Shown here in pieces: positions 53,942 to 61,747 of a stretch of 64,000 bases of DNA. Every line of letters starts with the position of its first letter. Within the stretch, counting starts at the first letter, position 1. Below the pieces are notes generated by a model. The model did no database searches. It saw only the letters and a program-made list of their open reading frames with translations, and was not told where the DNA came from. The stretch is from Acidobacteriota bacterium (GTDB lineage: Bacteria > Acidobacteriota > Terriglobia > Acidiferrales > UBA7541): NCBI GenBank assembly GCA_013286465.1, contig JABDFR010000007.1, forward strand, positions 2,836 through 66,835. The letters are read 5' to 3'. Both the position numbers and the translations under genes were made by a program.

Positions 53942-54439
53942 GTGCACCTGCCAGCCCCTTGGGTTTACCAACTCCCCGCGGTAAACGCGCTTCTGAACGG
54001 CACCAGCGCGTTCTTCCTGCTCGCAGGCTTCACCATGATTCGCAGCGGAAAAGTCTTCGCGCATCGCGTCTGCATGATCACGGCATTCACCTGCTCCACA
54101 ATTTTTCTAGCCGGCTATCTCTACTACCATTTCACCATCGGCCTCGTACGCTTCGGCGGCCAAGGCCTGATCCGCCCAGTCTATTTCACAATTCTCACCA
54201 CGCACACAATCCTAGCGATCGTAATCGTCCCGCTAGTGCTGATCACTCTCACCCGCGCCCTCAAAAGCCAATTCCAGCGCCACCGCGCCATCGCCCGCTG
54301 GACATTCCCCCTCTGGCTCTACGTCTCCGTAACCGGCGTAATCGTCTACTGGCTGCTCTATCGCCTCTACACCCCGATCATGCCACCTCTAGGATCGCTT
54401 GCCCAGACAGCCGCAACCTTGCATCATCTTCTAGGCTAG
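53942..54439 (+). CDS. DUF420 (CtaM/YozB-like) membrane protein
   Basis: From GTG 53942: LPAVNALLNGTSAFFLL...AHRVCM...IRPVYFTILTTHTILA...HRAIARWTFPLWLYVSVTGVIVY is the DUF420 pattern. The track's 53861 start overlaps the preceding gene. Confidence 0.82.
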   Translation: MHLPAPWVYQLPAVNALLNGTSAFFLLAGFTMIRSGKVFAHRVCMITAFTCSTIFLAGYLYYHFTIGLVRFGGQGLIRPVYFTILTTHTILAIVIVPLVLITLTRALKSQFQRHRAIARWTFPLWLYVSVTGVIVYWLLYRLYTPIMPPLGSLAQTAATLHHLLG

Positions 54440-54452
54440 TCCCCACGAAATC

Positions 54453-55301
54453 ATGAACGAAACCGCATCTACAGCAGCACAAAAACCGTCCTTCGGCGGC
54501 CGCTGGACCTATGCCGTCCTAATCGTAGCCGTCCTATTCGTCTCCATGCCGTTCCTATTCTGGAATGCCACTTGGTTCGGCCGCCCACTCACGGACGACC
54601 AAATCGCCAAAGCCTTCCAAGACCGCAAACACGCCCGAGAAATCCAGCACGCCCTAACGCAAATCGAGCAACGCATGGAGCAAAAGGACCCCACCGTCCG
54701 CCACTGGTATCCGCAACTAGTAAATTTCGCAGACGATCCGCTTACCGAAATCCGCGTAACCGACGCCTGGGTAATGGGCCAGGACACCACTGCCCCAGAA
54801 TTTCACGAAGCCCTAAAAAAAATGTTAGCCGACCCCGATCCCATGGTCGAACGTAACGCCGCTCTCTCGCTAGTCCGCTTCGGCGACCCCAGCGGCCACG
54901 CTGTAATCGTCTCCATGCTGGCCCCCTACGCCGTGCCCGCTCCGGAAGCAGGCACACTGCGCCAACGTCTTAAGCCAGGCGAAACGGTAAATCCCGGCAC
55001 CATGATCGGCCACATCGACACTCCCGCAGAGAGCAGGGAAGTGCGCACAAAAGCCCCCGGCACAATCATCAATTGGACAGTCGCAGACAAAACCGCAGTG
55101 ACAGAAGGCCAGCCGCTAATGCTCCTATCCCCCAGCCAGGAAATGGTCTGGGAAGCCCTACGCGCCCTATATCTGATCGGCCAGCCAGAAGACGTCCCCT
55201 CAATCGCCCCCTACGTACGCAACGTAGAGTCCATGCCCCCGCAAATCCAACAACAAGCCAAGCTGACGATGCAGCAAATCCAGTCCCGCAATAGTAATTA
55301 A
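54453..55301 (+). CDS. membrane-anchored HEAT-repeat protein with a biotinyl/lipoyl-like barrel-sandwich segment
   Basis: N-terminal TM helix and HEAT-like units (DPDPMVERNAALSLVRFGDPSG). The segment LKPGETVNPGTMIGHID...VRTKAPGTIINWTVADKTAVTEGQPLMLL resembles a lipoyl/biotinyl hybrid motif but has no MKM lysine. Confidence 0.6.
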   Translation: MNETASTAAQKPSFGGRWTYAVLIVAVLFVSMPFLFWNATWFGRPLTDDQIAKAFQDRKHAREIQHALTQIEQRMEQKDPTVRHWYPQLVNFADDPLTEIRVTDAWVMGQDTTAPEFHEALKKMLADPDPMVERNAALSLVRFGDPSGHAVIVSMLAPYAVPAPEAGTLRQRLKPGETVNPGTMIGHIDTPAESREVRTKAPGTIINWTVADKTAVTEGQPLMLLSPSQEMVWEALRALYLIGQPEDVPSIAPYVRNVESMPPQIQQQAKLTMQQIQSRNSN

Positions 55302-55319
55302 GCGCAAGAGGCGGCATTT

Positions 55320-55350
55320 GTAGGGGCGGGGGTTCACCTCCCGCCCGCTG
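55320..55350 (+). repeat. REP-A palindromic element, forward orientation
   Basis: GTAGGGGCGGGGGTTCACCTCCCGCCCGCTG, 19 nt after the stop of the HEAT-repeat gene. Confidence 0.75.
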
Positions 55351-55474
55351 TGGCACTGGGTTTTGCTGTTCGGTGTGTGGCCCCGTTCCCAATCAACCCC
55401 AAGCATTTCATCTTTAGCCCCGCCTGTACCAAAGTACAGTCCCATCGCCGCAAGTCCCCAGCTAAACTATTCCA

Positions 55475-55783
55475 ATGCAATGCCCGAAGTGCAAAACCGA
55501 AGTCCGCGACGTAGCCACCTTCTGCACCAAGTGCCACAACACGCTACGTTTCAAATGCCCCTCGTGCAAAAACGAGCAGCGCCACGGTGGCACCTGTGAC
55601 AAATGCGGCATCGATTTCCTGAAATTCGCCGCAGTCCTAATAGGCCAATCCCGCGCCGAACTAGACGAAGAGCACGCCCGCCTCGAGCGCCGCTCCGGCC
55701 TGCTAAAACATCTCCTCTTCATCCCCATTACCGGCGGCGTAACATTGCTCCGTCATCTCCTAGTCTCCAACGACAAAAAGTAG
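55475..55783 (+). CDS. double zinc-ribbon protein with C-terminal hydrophobic segment
   Basis: Four CxxC pairs lie in the first 45 residues (CPKC, CTKC, CPSC, CDKC), followed by a charged helix and LLFIPITGGVTLL. Confidence 0.55.
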   Translation: MQCPKCKTEVRDVATFCTKCHNTLRFKCPSCKNEQRHGGTCDKCGIDFLKFAAVLIGQSRAELDEEHARLERRSGLLKHLLFIPITGGVTLLRHLLVSNDKK

Positions 55784-55804
55784 CGCGCCGCGATGCCTTG
55801 TCAG

Positions 55805-55824
55805 GGCATGACTTCGGTCATGCC
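55805..55824. other. 8-bp stem / UUCG-loop hairpin between convergent genes
   Basis: GGCATGAC-TTCG-GTCATGCC with no adjoining U-tract. Confidence 0.4.
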
Positions 55825-55927
55825 GCAACTGCCGCAACATAGATACGGCCTTAGCCGCGGAACGCAGGCCGAAAAAACACACGCGCGCACAACAACACGT
55901 GTTCGAAATTATTTTTCGAAATTGGAA

Positions 55928-56317
55928 TTAATAAGGAAGGGAACCGAACCGAGCTTCAAAGTCGGCCAAGGGCACCATATCAATCGCATCCCACGGACAG
56001 CCTTCTAGGAAGGCTCCGTCAGGTCCTTTGCTAGTGCAAAGCTTGCACCCAATACAAAGCAGCGGATCCACAAGAATATTCCCAAAAGGCGCATGCTCCG
56101 GATCTTCCACCCAGAACATACAATCCGCCACCGGACAATAATCCACGCAAGCCGGCGACCCCGAACATCCGGTACACATATCATTGATCACCGCAACAAT
56201 ATGCGGCTTGCGCTTGCGCTTATTCGTCGTACCCGTCGAGATCGGATATTCCTTCACAACCTCGCCGTTCGCGAATTTCGCAATGTCCAGATCCATCGGC
56301 ACCGGTGGGCCTCCCAA
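55928..56317 (-). CDS. 2x[4Fe-4S] dicluster ferredoxin-family protein with basic N-terminal extension
   Basis: CTGCSGSPACVDYCP and CIGCKLCTS...GCP cluster motifs. The N-terminal ~45 aa include KRKRKPH. Confidence 0.82.
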   Translation of the reverse strand: MGGPPVPMDLDIAKFANGEVVKEYPISTGTTNKRKRKPHIVAVINDMCTGCSGSPACVDYCPVADCMFWVEDPEHAPFGNILVDPLLCIGCKLCTSKGPDGAFLEGCPWDAIDMVPLADFEARFGSLPY

Positions 56318-56388
56318 GCTCGAAATTACGACCCCATTTTGTAGCGCGGGAAATCGCCTGTCAACAGGCGCAGAATTTTTGCCGAAAT

Positions 56389-57411
56389 TTAATTGCCCAC
56401 AGGCGCAGGCTTCTCCACGGCGCGGATCACAGCCTCAGTAAATTCCTTCGTAGTAGCGTTACCCCCAACGTCGGAAGTAAGCGTCTTCCCCTCGCGATAA
56501 ATCCGCTGCAAAGCATTCTCAATCCGCTCAGCCAACGCATCTTCCTGTAAATAACGCAGCATCATAATCGAACTCATCAAAAGCGCCGTCGGATTAGCAA
56601 TCCCTTTCCCAGCGATATCCGGCGCAGTCCCATGCACCGCCTCGAAAAGCGCCATCCCCTCGCCAATATTCCCGCTAGGCACCACTCCCAATCCTCCAAC
56701 CAACCCCGCCGCCAAATCACTCATAATGTCGCCATAAAGATTGGTAAGCAAAAGCATGTCAAACTGATGCGGATTCATCACAATCTGCATGCAAGCATTA
56801 TCAATAATCAATTCCTTGTATTCGATTTCCGGATACTCAGGTGCCACTTTGCGAATCGATGTCAGAAACAATCCATCCGAAAGCTTCATGATATTAGCTT
56901 TATGAATGGCGTGAATTTTCTTGCGCCCATACTTCCGCGCAAATTCAAAAGCAAACCGCGCCACGCGCGTAGAAGCCTTCTCAGTAATAATTTTCAAGCT
57001 CTCCACAACGCCGGGCACAACGGTATGCTCCAACCCAGCGTAAAGGTCTTCCGTATTCTCGCGGATCAAAACAATATCCACGCCCTGAAACACAGACTTC
57101 ACGCCCGCAAGATTTTTCACCGGCCGAACGTTGGCAAAGAGTTCAAGATTCTTCCGCAGCGCCACGTTGATGCTAGGCGGCCCGCCGGCAATGGCCGTAG
57201 CCATCGGTCCTTTGAGCGCCACGCGGTTTTTCCGAATAGAGTCGAGCACACCAGCATTAATGAAATCGAGGCCGCGCCGCTCAAACTCAGCGCGCGCAGG
57301 GATCTCATCCCACTGAATCTCAGCCCCCGAAGCAGCCAAAATCTCGCGCACCGCAGCCGAAACCTCTGGCCCAATGCCATCCCCAGGAATCAAAGTAACG
57401 GTATGCTTCAT
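56389..57411 (-). CDS. isocitrate/isopropylmalate dehydrogenase family enzyme, most likely NAD-dependent isocitrate dehydrogenase
   Basis: [39 protein letters not shown] and [10 protein letters not shown] blocks. Its 340-aa size resembles homodimeric/IDH3-like NAD-IDH. Confidence 0.8.
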   Translation of the reverse strand: MKHTVTLIPGDGIGPEVSAAVREILAASGAEIQWDEIPARAEFERRGLDFINAGVLDSIRKNRVALKGPMATAIAGGPPSINVALRKNLELFANVRPVKNLAGVKSVFQGVDIVLIRENTEDLYAGLEHTVVPGVVESLKIITEKASTRVARFAFEFARKYGRKKIHAIHKANIMKLSDGLFLTSIRKVAPEYPEIEYKELIIDNACMQIVMNPHQFDMLLLTNLYGDIMSDLAAGLVGGLGVVPSGNIGEGMALFEAVHGTAPDIAGKGIANPTALLMSSIMMLRYLQEDALAERIENALQRIYREGKTLTSDVGGNATTKEFTEAVIRAVEKPAPVGN

Positions 57412-57473
57412 AAGCGTCCCACCATTTTAAGTGAAAGCCGCCTCGCAGCAAAACTGCATTAGAAGCCCGGGTT

Positions 57474-57654
57474 CCAAGTAGCGCTGGCGTCCCCGCCGGC
57501 ATCTTACGAGGAAGCGGGCACCCAGAGCCGAGATCGTGGCCGGACTCCAACGTCAGATTCGTGGCACTGGTTTGTCCGAGTAGTCCGCCTATGAGCTCTA
57601 TCCGTGCGTAAATAGCGCCCGTAAGATGCCGGCGGGGACGCCAGCGCTACTTGG
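57474..57654. repeat. REP-B inverted doublet (REPIN-like), perfect 35-bp arms
   Basis: CCAAGTAGCGCTGGCGTCCCCGCCGGCATCTTACG (57474-57508) and its exact reverse complement (57620-57654) flank a 111-bp spacer. It lies in the divergent icd/erpA spacer. Confidence 0.85.
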
Positions 57655-57677
57655 CATCAGCACACAATTTCGCAATC

Positions 57678-57686
57678 TGTTATAAT
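57678..57686 (+). promoter_or_regulatory. extended -10 promoter element TGtTATAAT upstream of erpA
   Basis: A perfect TATAAT (57681-57686) with TG one base upstream, 59 nt before ATG 57745. Confidence 0.45.
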
Positions 57687-57744
57687 CACCTGGTAGCATC
57701 GAAGACGATAAAGTCGCATCTAATCACTGGGAGACAAAAACGAA

Positions 57745-58071
57745 ATGGTGAATCTAACCCCCGTCGCGGTTGAGAAAGTAAAAGAAATTCTCACGCAGCA
57801 GAACCCGGTCCCTGCGGGCCTGCGCGTAGCCGTGGTAGGCGGAGGCTGCTCCGGGTTCAGCTACCACATGGCCTTCGAAAGCGCCGCCAACGAAAACAAC
57901 GACAACATCTACGAGTTCAGCGGCCTGAAAGTAATGGTAGATCAGATGTCCGAAATGTACCTGGACGGCATCCAAATCGACTACGTAGAATCCATAGAAG
58001 GCTCCGGCTTCAAATTCAACAACCCCAACGTAAAAAGCACCTGCGGCTGCGGCAGCTCCTTCAGCGTCTAA
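57745..58071 (+). CDS. erpA: A-type iron-sulfur cluster insertion protein (ErpA/IscA/HesB family)
   Basis: 108 aa with GGGCSGFSY and the C-terminal CGCGSSFSV motif. Confidence 0.9.
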   Translation: MVNLTPVAVEKVKEILTQQNPVPAGLRVAVVGGGCSGFSYHMAFESAANENNDNIYEFSGLKVMVDQMSEMYLDGIQIDYVESIEGSGFKFNNPNVKSTCGCGSSFSV

Positions 58072-58087
58072 GCGAGCAGCATCGTTC

Positions 58088-58120
58088 GTAGGGCGGGGTT
58101 CACCCCGCCCGTTTTTTTCG
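58088..58120 (+). repeat. REP-A element, forward orientation; doubles as an intrinsic-terminator-like hairpin after erpA
   Basis: GTAGGGCGGGGTTCACCCCGCCCGTTTTTTTCG: an 8-bp GC stem, a TTCA loop and T7. Confidence 0.8.
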
Positions 58121-58133
58121 ATGTTCTCCGGAC

Positions 58134-58172
58134 GTAGGGGCGGGCCTTTAGCCCCGCCCGCCTTTCGGCCCC
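58134..58172 (+). repeat. REP-A element, forward orientation, second of a tandem pair upstream of rayT
   Basis: GTAGGGGCGGGCCTTTAGCCCCGCCCGCCTTTCGGCCCC. Confidence 0.85.
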
Positions 58173-58275
58173 GACCCGTGTAAATGAACCGCGCATTACA
58201 TCGTCTGGCTGTTTTTGTCGGTCTACGTATTCTCCGTACTTGCCCCCTCCACAAATCCGCGATTATTCTCCCACC

Positions 58276-58830
58276 ATGAAAGGCCGCAAATCGATTCGCT
58301 TGCCCGCGCTCAACTACGTCGGCCGCAACACGTACTTCCTAACCGCGTGCACTCTCCATCGCGACCGCATCTTCTCGAATCCGCGCTGGGCCGATCTAAT
58401 GGTGCGCTCGTTCCTCGAGGCCGCAAAGGCCGAAGCATTCCTCCTCCACGCCTGGTGCGTGATGCCGGATCATGTGCACGTCCTTACCGAAGGTGCCACG
58501 GACCAAAGCCACGCAGACCGCTTCGTCAGCCACTGGAAGCGCGCAACGACATTCGAATTCAAGAAGGTCGCCGGACGCGAGTTGTGGCAGAGATTATTCT
58601 ACGATCGCGTGTTGAGAGACACCGATTCGCGAAACGACATCGCATGGTACATCTGGTTAAATCCGGTCCGCAAAGGAATGTGCTGCGAGCCATGGGATTA
58701 CGCATGGTCAGGTTCGATGACGAAAATGAACATGAATACCACGCCGAGCGAGCCAACATGGATCCCGCCTTGGAAACAAAGGCAAGAAGAATCGACAGCA
58801 ACAACGGGGCCGAACACCGGGCGGGAGTAA
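58276..58830 (+). mobile_element. rayT: REP-associated tyrosine (Y1, HUH) transposase RayT
   Basis: HUH motif MPDHVHVL and catalytic-Tyr helix IAWYIWLNPVRKG. Length is 184 aa from ATG 58276. There is no tnpB and no IS ends. REP-A copies flank it in inverted orientation. Confidence 0.82.
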
Positions 58831-58847
58831 ACGCCCGCCCCTACGAA
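58807..58847 (-). repeat. REP-A element, inverted orientation, overlapping the 3' end of rayT
   Basis: The reverse complement reads ttcGTAGGGGCGGGCGTTTACTCCCGCCCGGTGTTCGGCCCC. The rayT stop TAA (58828-58830) lies in the hairpin loop. Confidence 0.85.
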
Positions 58848-58894
58848 CGGCGCGTCGCCGGCGCACGCTACGGCCTCTTCGCTCGCGGCAATCG

Positions 58895-58923
58895 TTGACA
58901 CGACCCGCGACGCAGCCTAAGAT
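58895..58923 (+). promoter_or_regulatory. sigma70-type promoter immediately upstream of the kinase gene
   Basis: TTGACA (58895-58900), a 17-nt spacer, then TAAGAT (58918-58923). The ATG at 58933 begins only 10 nt after the -10 hexamer. Confidence 0.4.
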
Positions 58924-58932
58924 TTGCGCCAA

Positions 58933-61701
58933 ATGCCCGATTCTCAATCATTCCTAAACCAAACCATCTCGCACTACCGCATCATCGAAAAACTAGGCGG
59001 TGGCGGCATGGGCGTAGTCTTCAAAGCCGAAGACACCCGTCTCCACCGTTTCGTAGCCCTAAAATTCCTCCCTGATGATGTAGCCAAGGATCCCCAAGCC
59101 CTAGCACGCTTCCAAAGAGAAGCCCAAGCCGCCTCCGCCCTAAATCACCCTAATATCTGCACCATCTACGACATCGGCACCGAAAACAACCGCGCCTTCA
59201 TAGCCATGGAGTATCTAGATGGCCAGACGCTAAAACACGCCATCGCCGGCCAACCCATGGATCTAGAGCGCCTATTCGATCTAGCCATCCAAATCGCCGA
59301 AGCCCTAGACGCAGCCCACAGCGAACACATAGTCCACCGCGACATCAAGCCAGCAAATATCTTCGTCACAAAACGCGGCCACATCAAAATCCTAGATTTC
59401 GGCTTAGCAAAGGTCTCAGCAGGGAAGCCCGGCCCAGCCAGCGCCCAAGAAACAATGGCCACCATCGGCGTAGATTCCGCCCAACTAACCAGCCCAGGCA
59501 CAGCCGTAGGCACAGTAGCCTACATGTCGCCAGAGCAAGTTCTTGGCAAAGAACTCGACGCGCGCACCGACCTCTTCTCCTTCGGCGTAGTCCTCTACGA
59601 AATGTCCACCGGCATGCTCCCCTTCAAAGGCGACAGCTCCGGCGCAATCTTCGACGAAATCCTGCACAAAAATCCGGTAGCCCCGGTCCGCCTGAACACA
59701 AATATCCCCATGGAATTCGAGCAACTAATCAACAAAGCCATGGAGAAGGATCGCGACCTACGTTACCAAGGCGCCGCAGAAATGCGCGCCGACCTAAAGC
59801 GCCTCAAGCGCGACACGAGTTCCGGACGCTCCGTAGCCTCGAGCAGTTCAATCGGCGGCCAAGCAGCAACTAATCCAGCAGGCAGTTCCGCGGCAAACAT
59901 ACCCGCAGCTACCGGCTCGAGCGCCTACACCACGCCCGCTGCAGCGTCGCCAAGTTCCACAGTGGTCGCAGTCGCAGCAACGGCGCCGCGCAAATTTCCG
60001 CTAGCAGCAATCGCGATCGGAGTCGTAGTGCTAGCCGCGCTAGGCTTCGGCGCTTACAAGTTCCTAAATCGCCCCCGCGCCCTAAATCTGCAAAACATGC
60101 AGATCACCAAGCTAACCGACAGCGGCAAAGCCGGCCCAGTAGCCATTTCCCCAGACGGCCGCTACATCGTCTACGTCCTAATCGACGGGGAACAACAAAG
60201 CCTCTGGGTCCGCAACGTAGCCAGCAAGAGCGACGTCCAAGTTCTCCCCCCAGACTCGCTAGGAATCGCAGGCGTCACCTTCTCCCCCGATGGCAACTAC
60301 GTAGATTTCGTTCGCACCGACAAAAGCACCGAACTCTACAACTATCTCTACACCATGCCCGTCCTGGGCGGCGCCCCGCGCCAAATCATCCGCGATATCG
60401 ATTCCATCCCCAGCTTCTCGCCAGACGGCAAGCAATTCGCCTACTTGCGCGGCCTCCCGGATCGCGACCAGATCGAAGTTCACATTTCTGACTCGACCGG
60501 CTCCAACGATCGCACCCTCGCAACTCTAAATGCCAAACCGCTATCGTTCTCCATGTTCGGCGTCTCTTGGTCCCCTGACGGAAAAACAATCCTCGTGCCA
60601 AATTTGAATCTGCAAAAGGAAGTCCGCTGGCTGATCTCAGCCATCAACGTATCCGATGGCGCCGTAAAAGAAATAATTTCGCGTACCGATGGCGTAGGCC
60701 TGCCCGCGTGGCTCCCCGACGGCAATTCGTTCATCCTACCCATGGCCATGCGCAACGAGGACCGCTATCAGCTGTTCGTAGTTTCCTATCCGAGCGGCGA
60801 AACCTCGCGCATGACCAACGATCTCTCCGATTACCGCCCGCAAATCTCCATCACCCGCGATGGCCAATATCTGGTAGCTCTAGGCCGCCGCCGCGACGCC
60901 CACATCTGGGCCGCCCCGCAAGCCCAAACCGCGCAAGCCCGCCAGCTCACCTCCGGAGATTCTTCCGACGATTCCCCCAGGCCCGGCCCTTCCGGCAAGA
61001 TCATCTTCCGCAGCCACGGCAACGATATCTACGCCATGAACGCCGACGGCTCCCAGCGCGCCGCACTAATCGCCGACGCGCAAAACAACTTCTCGCTTAC
61101 CGCCTGTGGCGACCGCTACATTATTTTCGACAGATTCCTCGCCAGCAAAATCGAACTCTGGCGCGCCGACGCCGACGGCTCCAACGCCATCAAGCTAGCC
61201 GACAACACCCGCGCATCAGAATGTTCTCCGGACGGCACCTCGGTCATCTTTTTCAATCCAGATAAGCTATCCCGCATACCCGTCGAAGGCGGCGCTCCCA
61301 CCGTAATCCCGAACATAACTCCAGATGACATCGGCGCGTTCCGCATCTCTCCCGACGGAAAATCGATCGCCCTCGCTTACGAAGAAGGCCGCCCAGTCCC
61401 CACCGACAAATTCGCGATCGTTCCCATAGGCGGCGGAGCGCTCAGCAACATCATGCCGGCGCCCCGCTCCGCTCAGGGCCTAGATTGGGCCCCGGACGGC
61501 AAATCCCTGCAATTCGCACTAATCCGCAACGGCGCCGCAAACATTTGGGAGCAACCGCTAACCGGCGGCCCACCCAAGCAAATAACAAATTTCCCCTCGG
61601 ACTTAATCTTCGGTTTCAAATGGACCCGCGACGGCAAGGTGTTACTAATGTCCAGAGGCCGAGTAGACCGCGACGTAATCCTACTGACGAATTTCCGGTA
61701 A
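58933..61701 (+). CDS. Ser/Thr protein kinase with TM helix and extracytoplasmic TolB/PD40-type beta-propeller domains
   Basis: Hanks kinase motifs [26 protein letters not shown] and YMSPEQ. An Ala/Ser-rich linker, a TM helix and repeated SPDG(K/R/N)..(V/A)(Y/F) PD40 units follow. Confidence 0.9.
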   Translation: MPDSQSFLNQTISHYRIIEKLGGGGMGVVFKAEDTRLHRFVALKFLPDDVAKDPQALARFQREAQAASALNHPNICTIYDIGTENNRAFIAMEYLDGQTLKHAIAGQPMDLERLFDLAIQIAEALDAAHSEHIVHRDIKPANIFVTKRGHIKILDFGLAKVSAGKPGPASAQETMATIGVDSAQLTSPGTAVGTVAYMSPEQVLGKELDARTDLFSFGVVLYEMSTGMLPFKGDSSGAIFDEILHKNPVAPVRLNTNIPMEFEQLINKAMEKDRDLRYQGAAEMRADLKRLKRDTSSGRSVASSSSIGGQAATNPAGSSAANIPAATGSSAYTTPAAASPSSTVVAVAATAPRKFPLAAIAIGVVVLAALGFGAYKFLNRPRALNLQNMQITKLTDSGKAGPVAISPDGRYIVYVLIDGEQQSLWVRNVASKSDVQVLPPDSLGIAGVTFSPDGNYVDFVRTDKSTELYNYLYTMPVLGGAPRQIIRDIDSIPSFSPDGKQFAYLRGLPDRDQIEVHISDSTGSNDRTLATLNAKPLSFSMFGVSWSPDGKTILVPNLNLQKEVRWLISAINVSDGAVKEIISRTDGVGLPAWLPDGNSFILPMAMRNEDRYQLFVVSYPSGETSRMTNDLSDYRPQISITRDGQYLVALGRRRDAHIWAAPQAQTAQARQLTSGDSSDDSPRPGPSGKIIFRSHGNDIYAMNADGSQRAALIADAQNNFSLTACGDRYIIFDRFLASKIELWRADADGSNAIKLADNTRASECSPDGTSVIFFNPDKLSRIPVEGGAPTVIPNITPDDIGAFRISPDGKSIALAYEEGRPVPTDKFAIVPIGGGALSNIMPAPRSAQGLDWAPDGKSLQFALIRNGAANIWEQPLTGGPPKQITNFPSDLIFGFKWTRDGKVLLMSRGRVDRDVILLTNFR

Positions 61702-61747
61702 CCCGCCCGCGTAACGCCCGAGAAAATGTGAGCCATTTCCGCGAGCG

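Noticed and set aside
57474-57654. The 181-bp element with 35-bp perfect terminal inverted repeats, considered as a classical MITE derived from a DDE transposon.
   Set aside because: No target-site duplication flanks it. The arms begin with the GTAG-containing REP-type hairpin, and a solo arm exists at 24715. A REP doublet (REPIN) explains it better.
58276-58830. The Y1 transposase, considered as an IS200/IS605 insertion sequence.
   Set aside because: There is no tnpB/iscB partner and no IS-type subterminal hairpins distinct from the dispersed repeat. The flanks are copies of the genome-wide REP-A family in inverted orientation, which is the RayT/REPtron signature rather than an IS.
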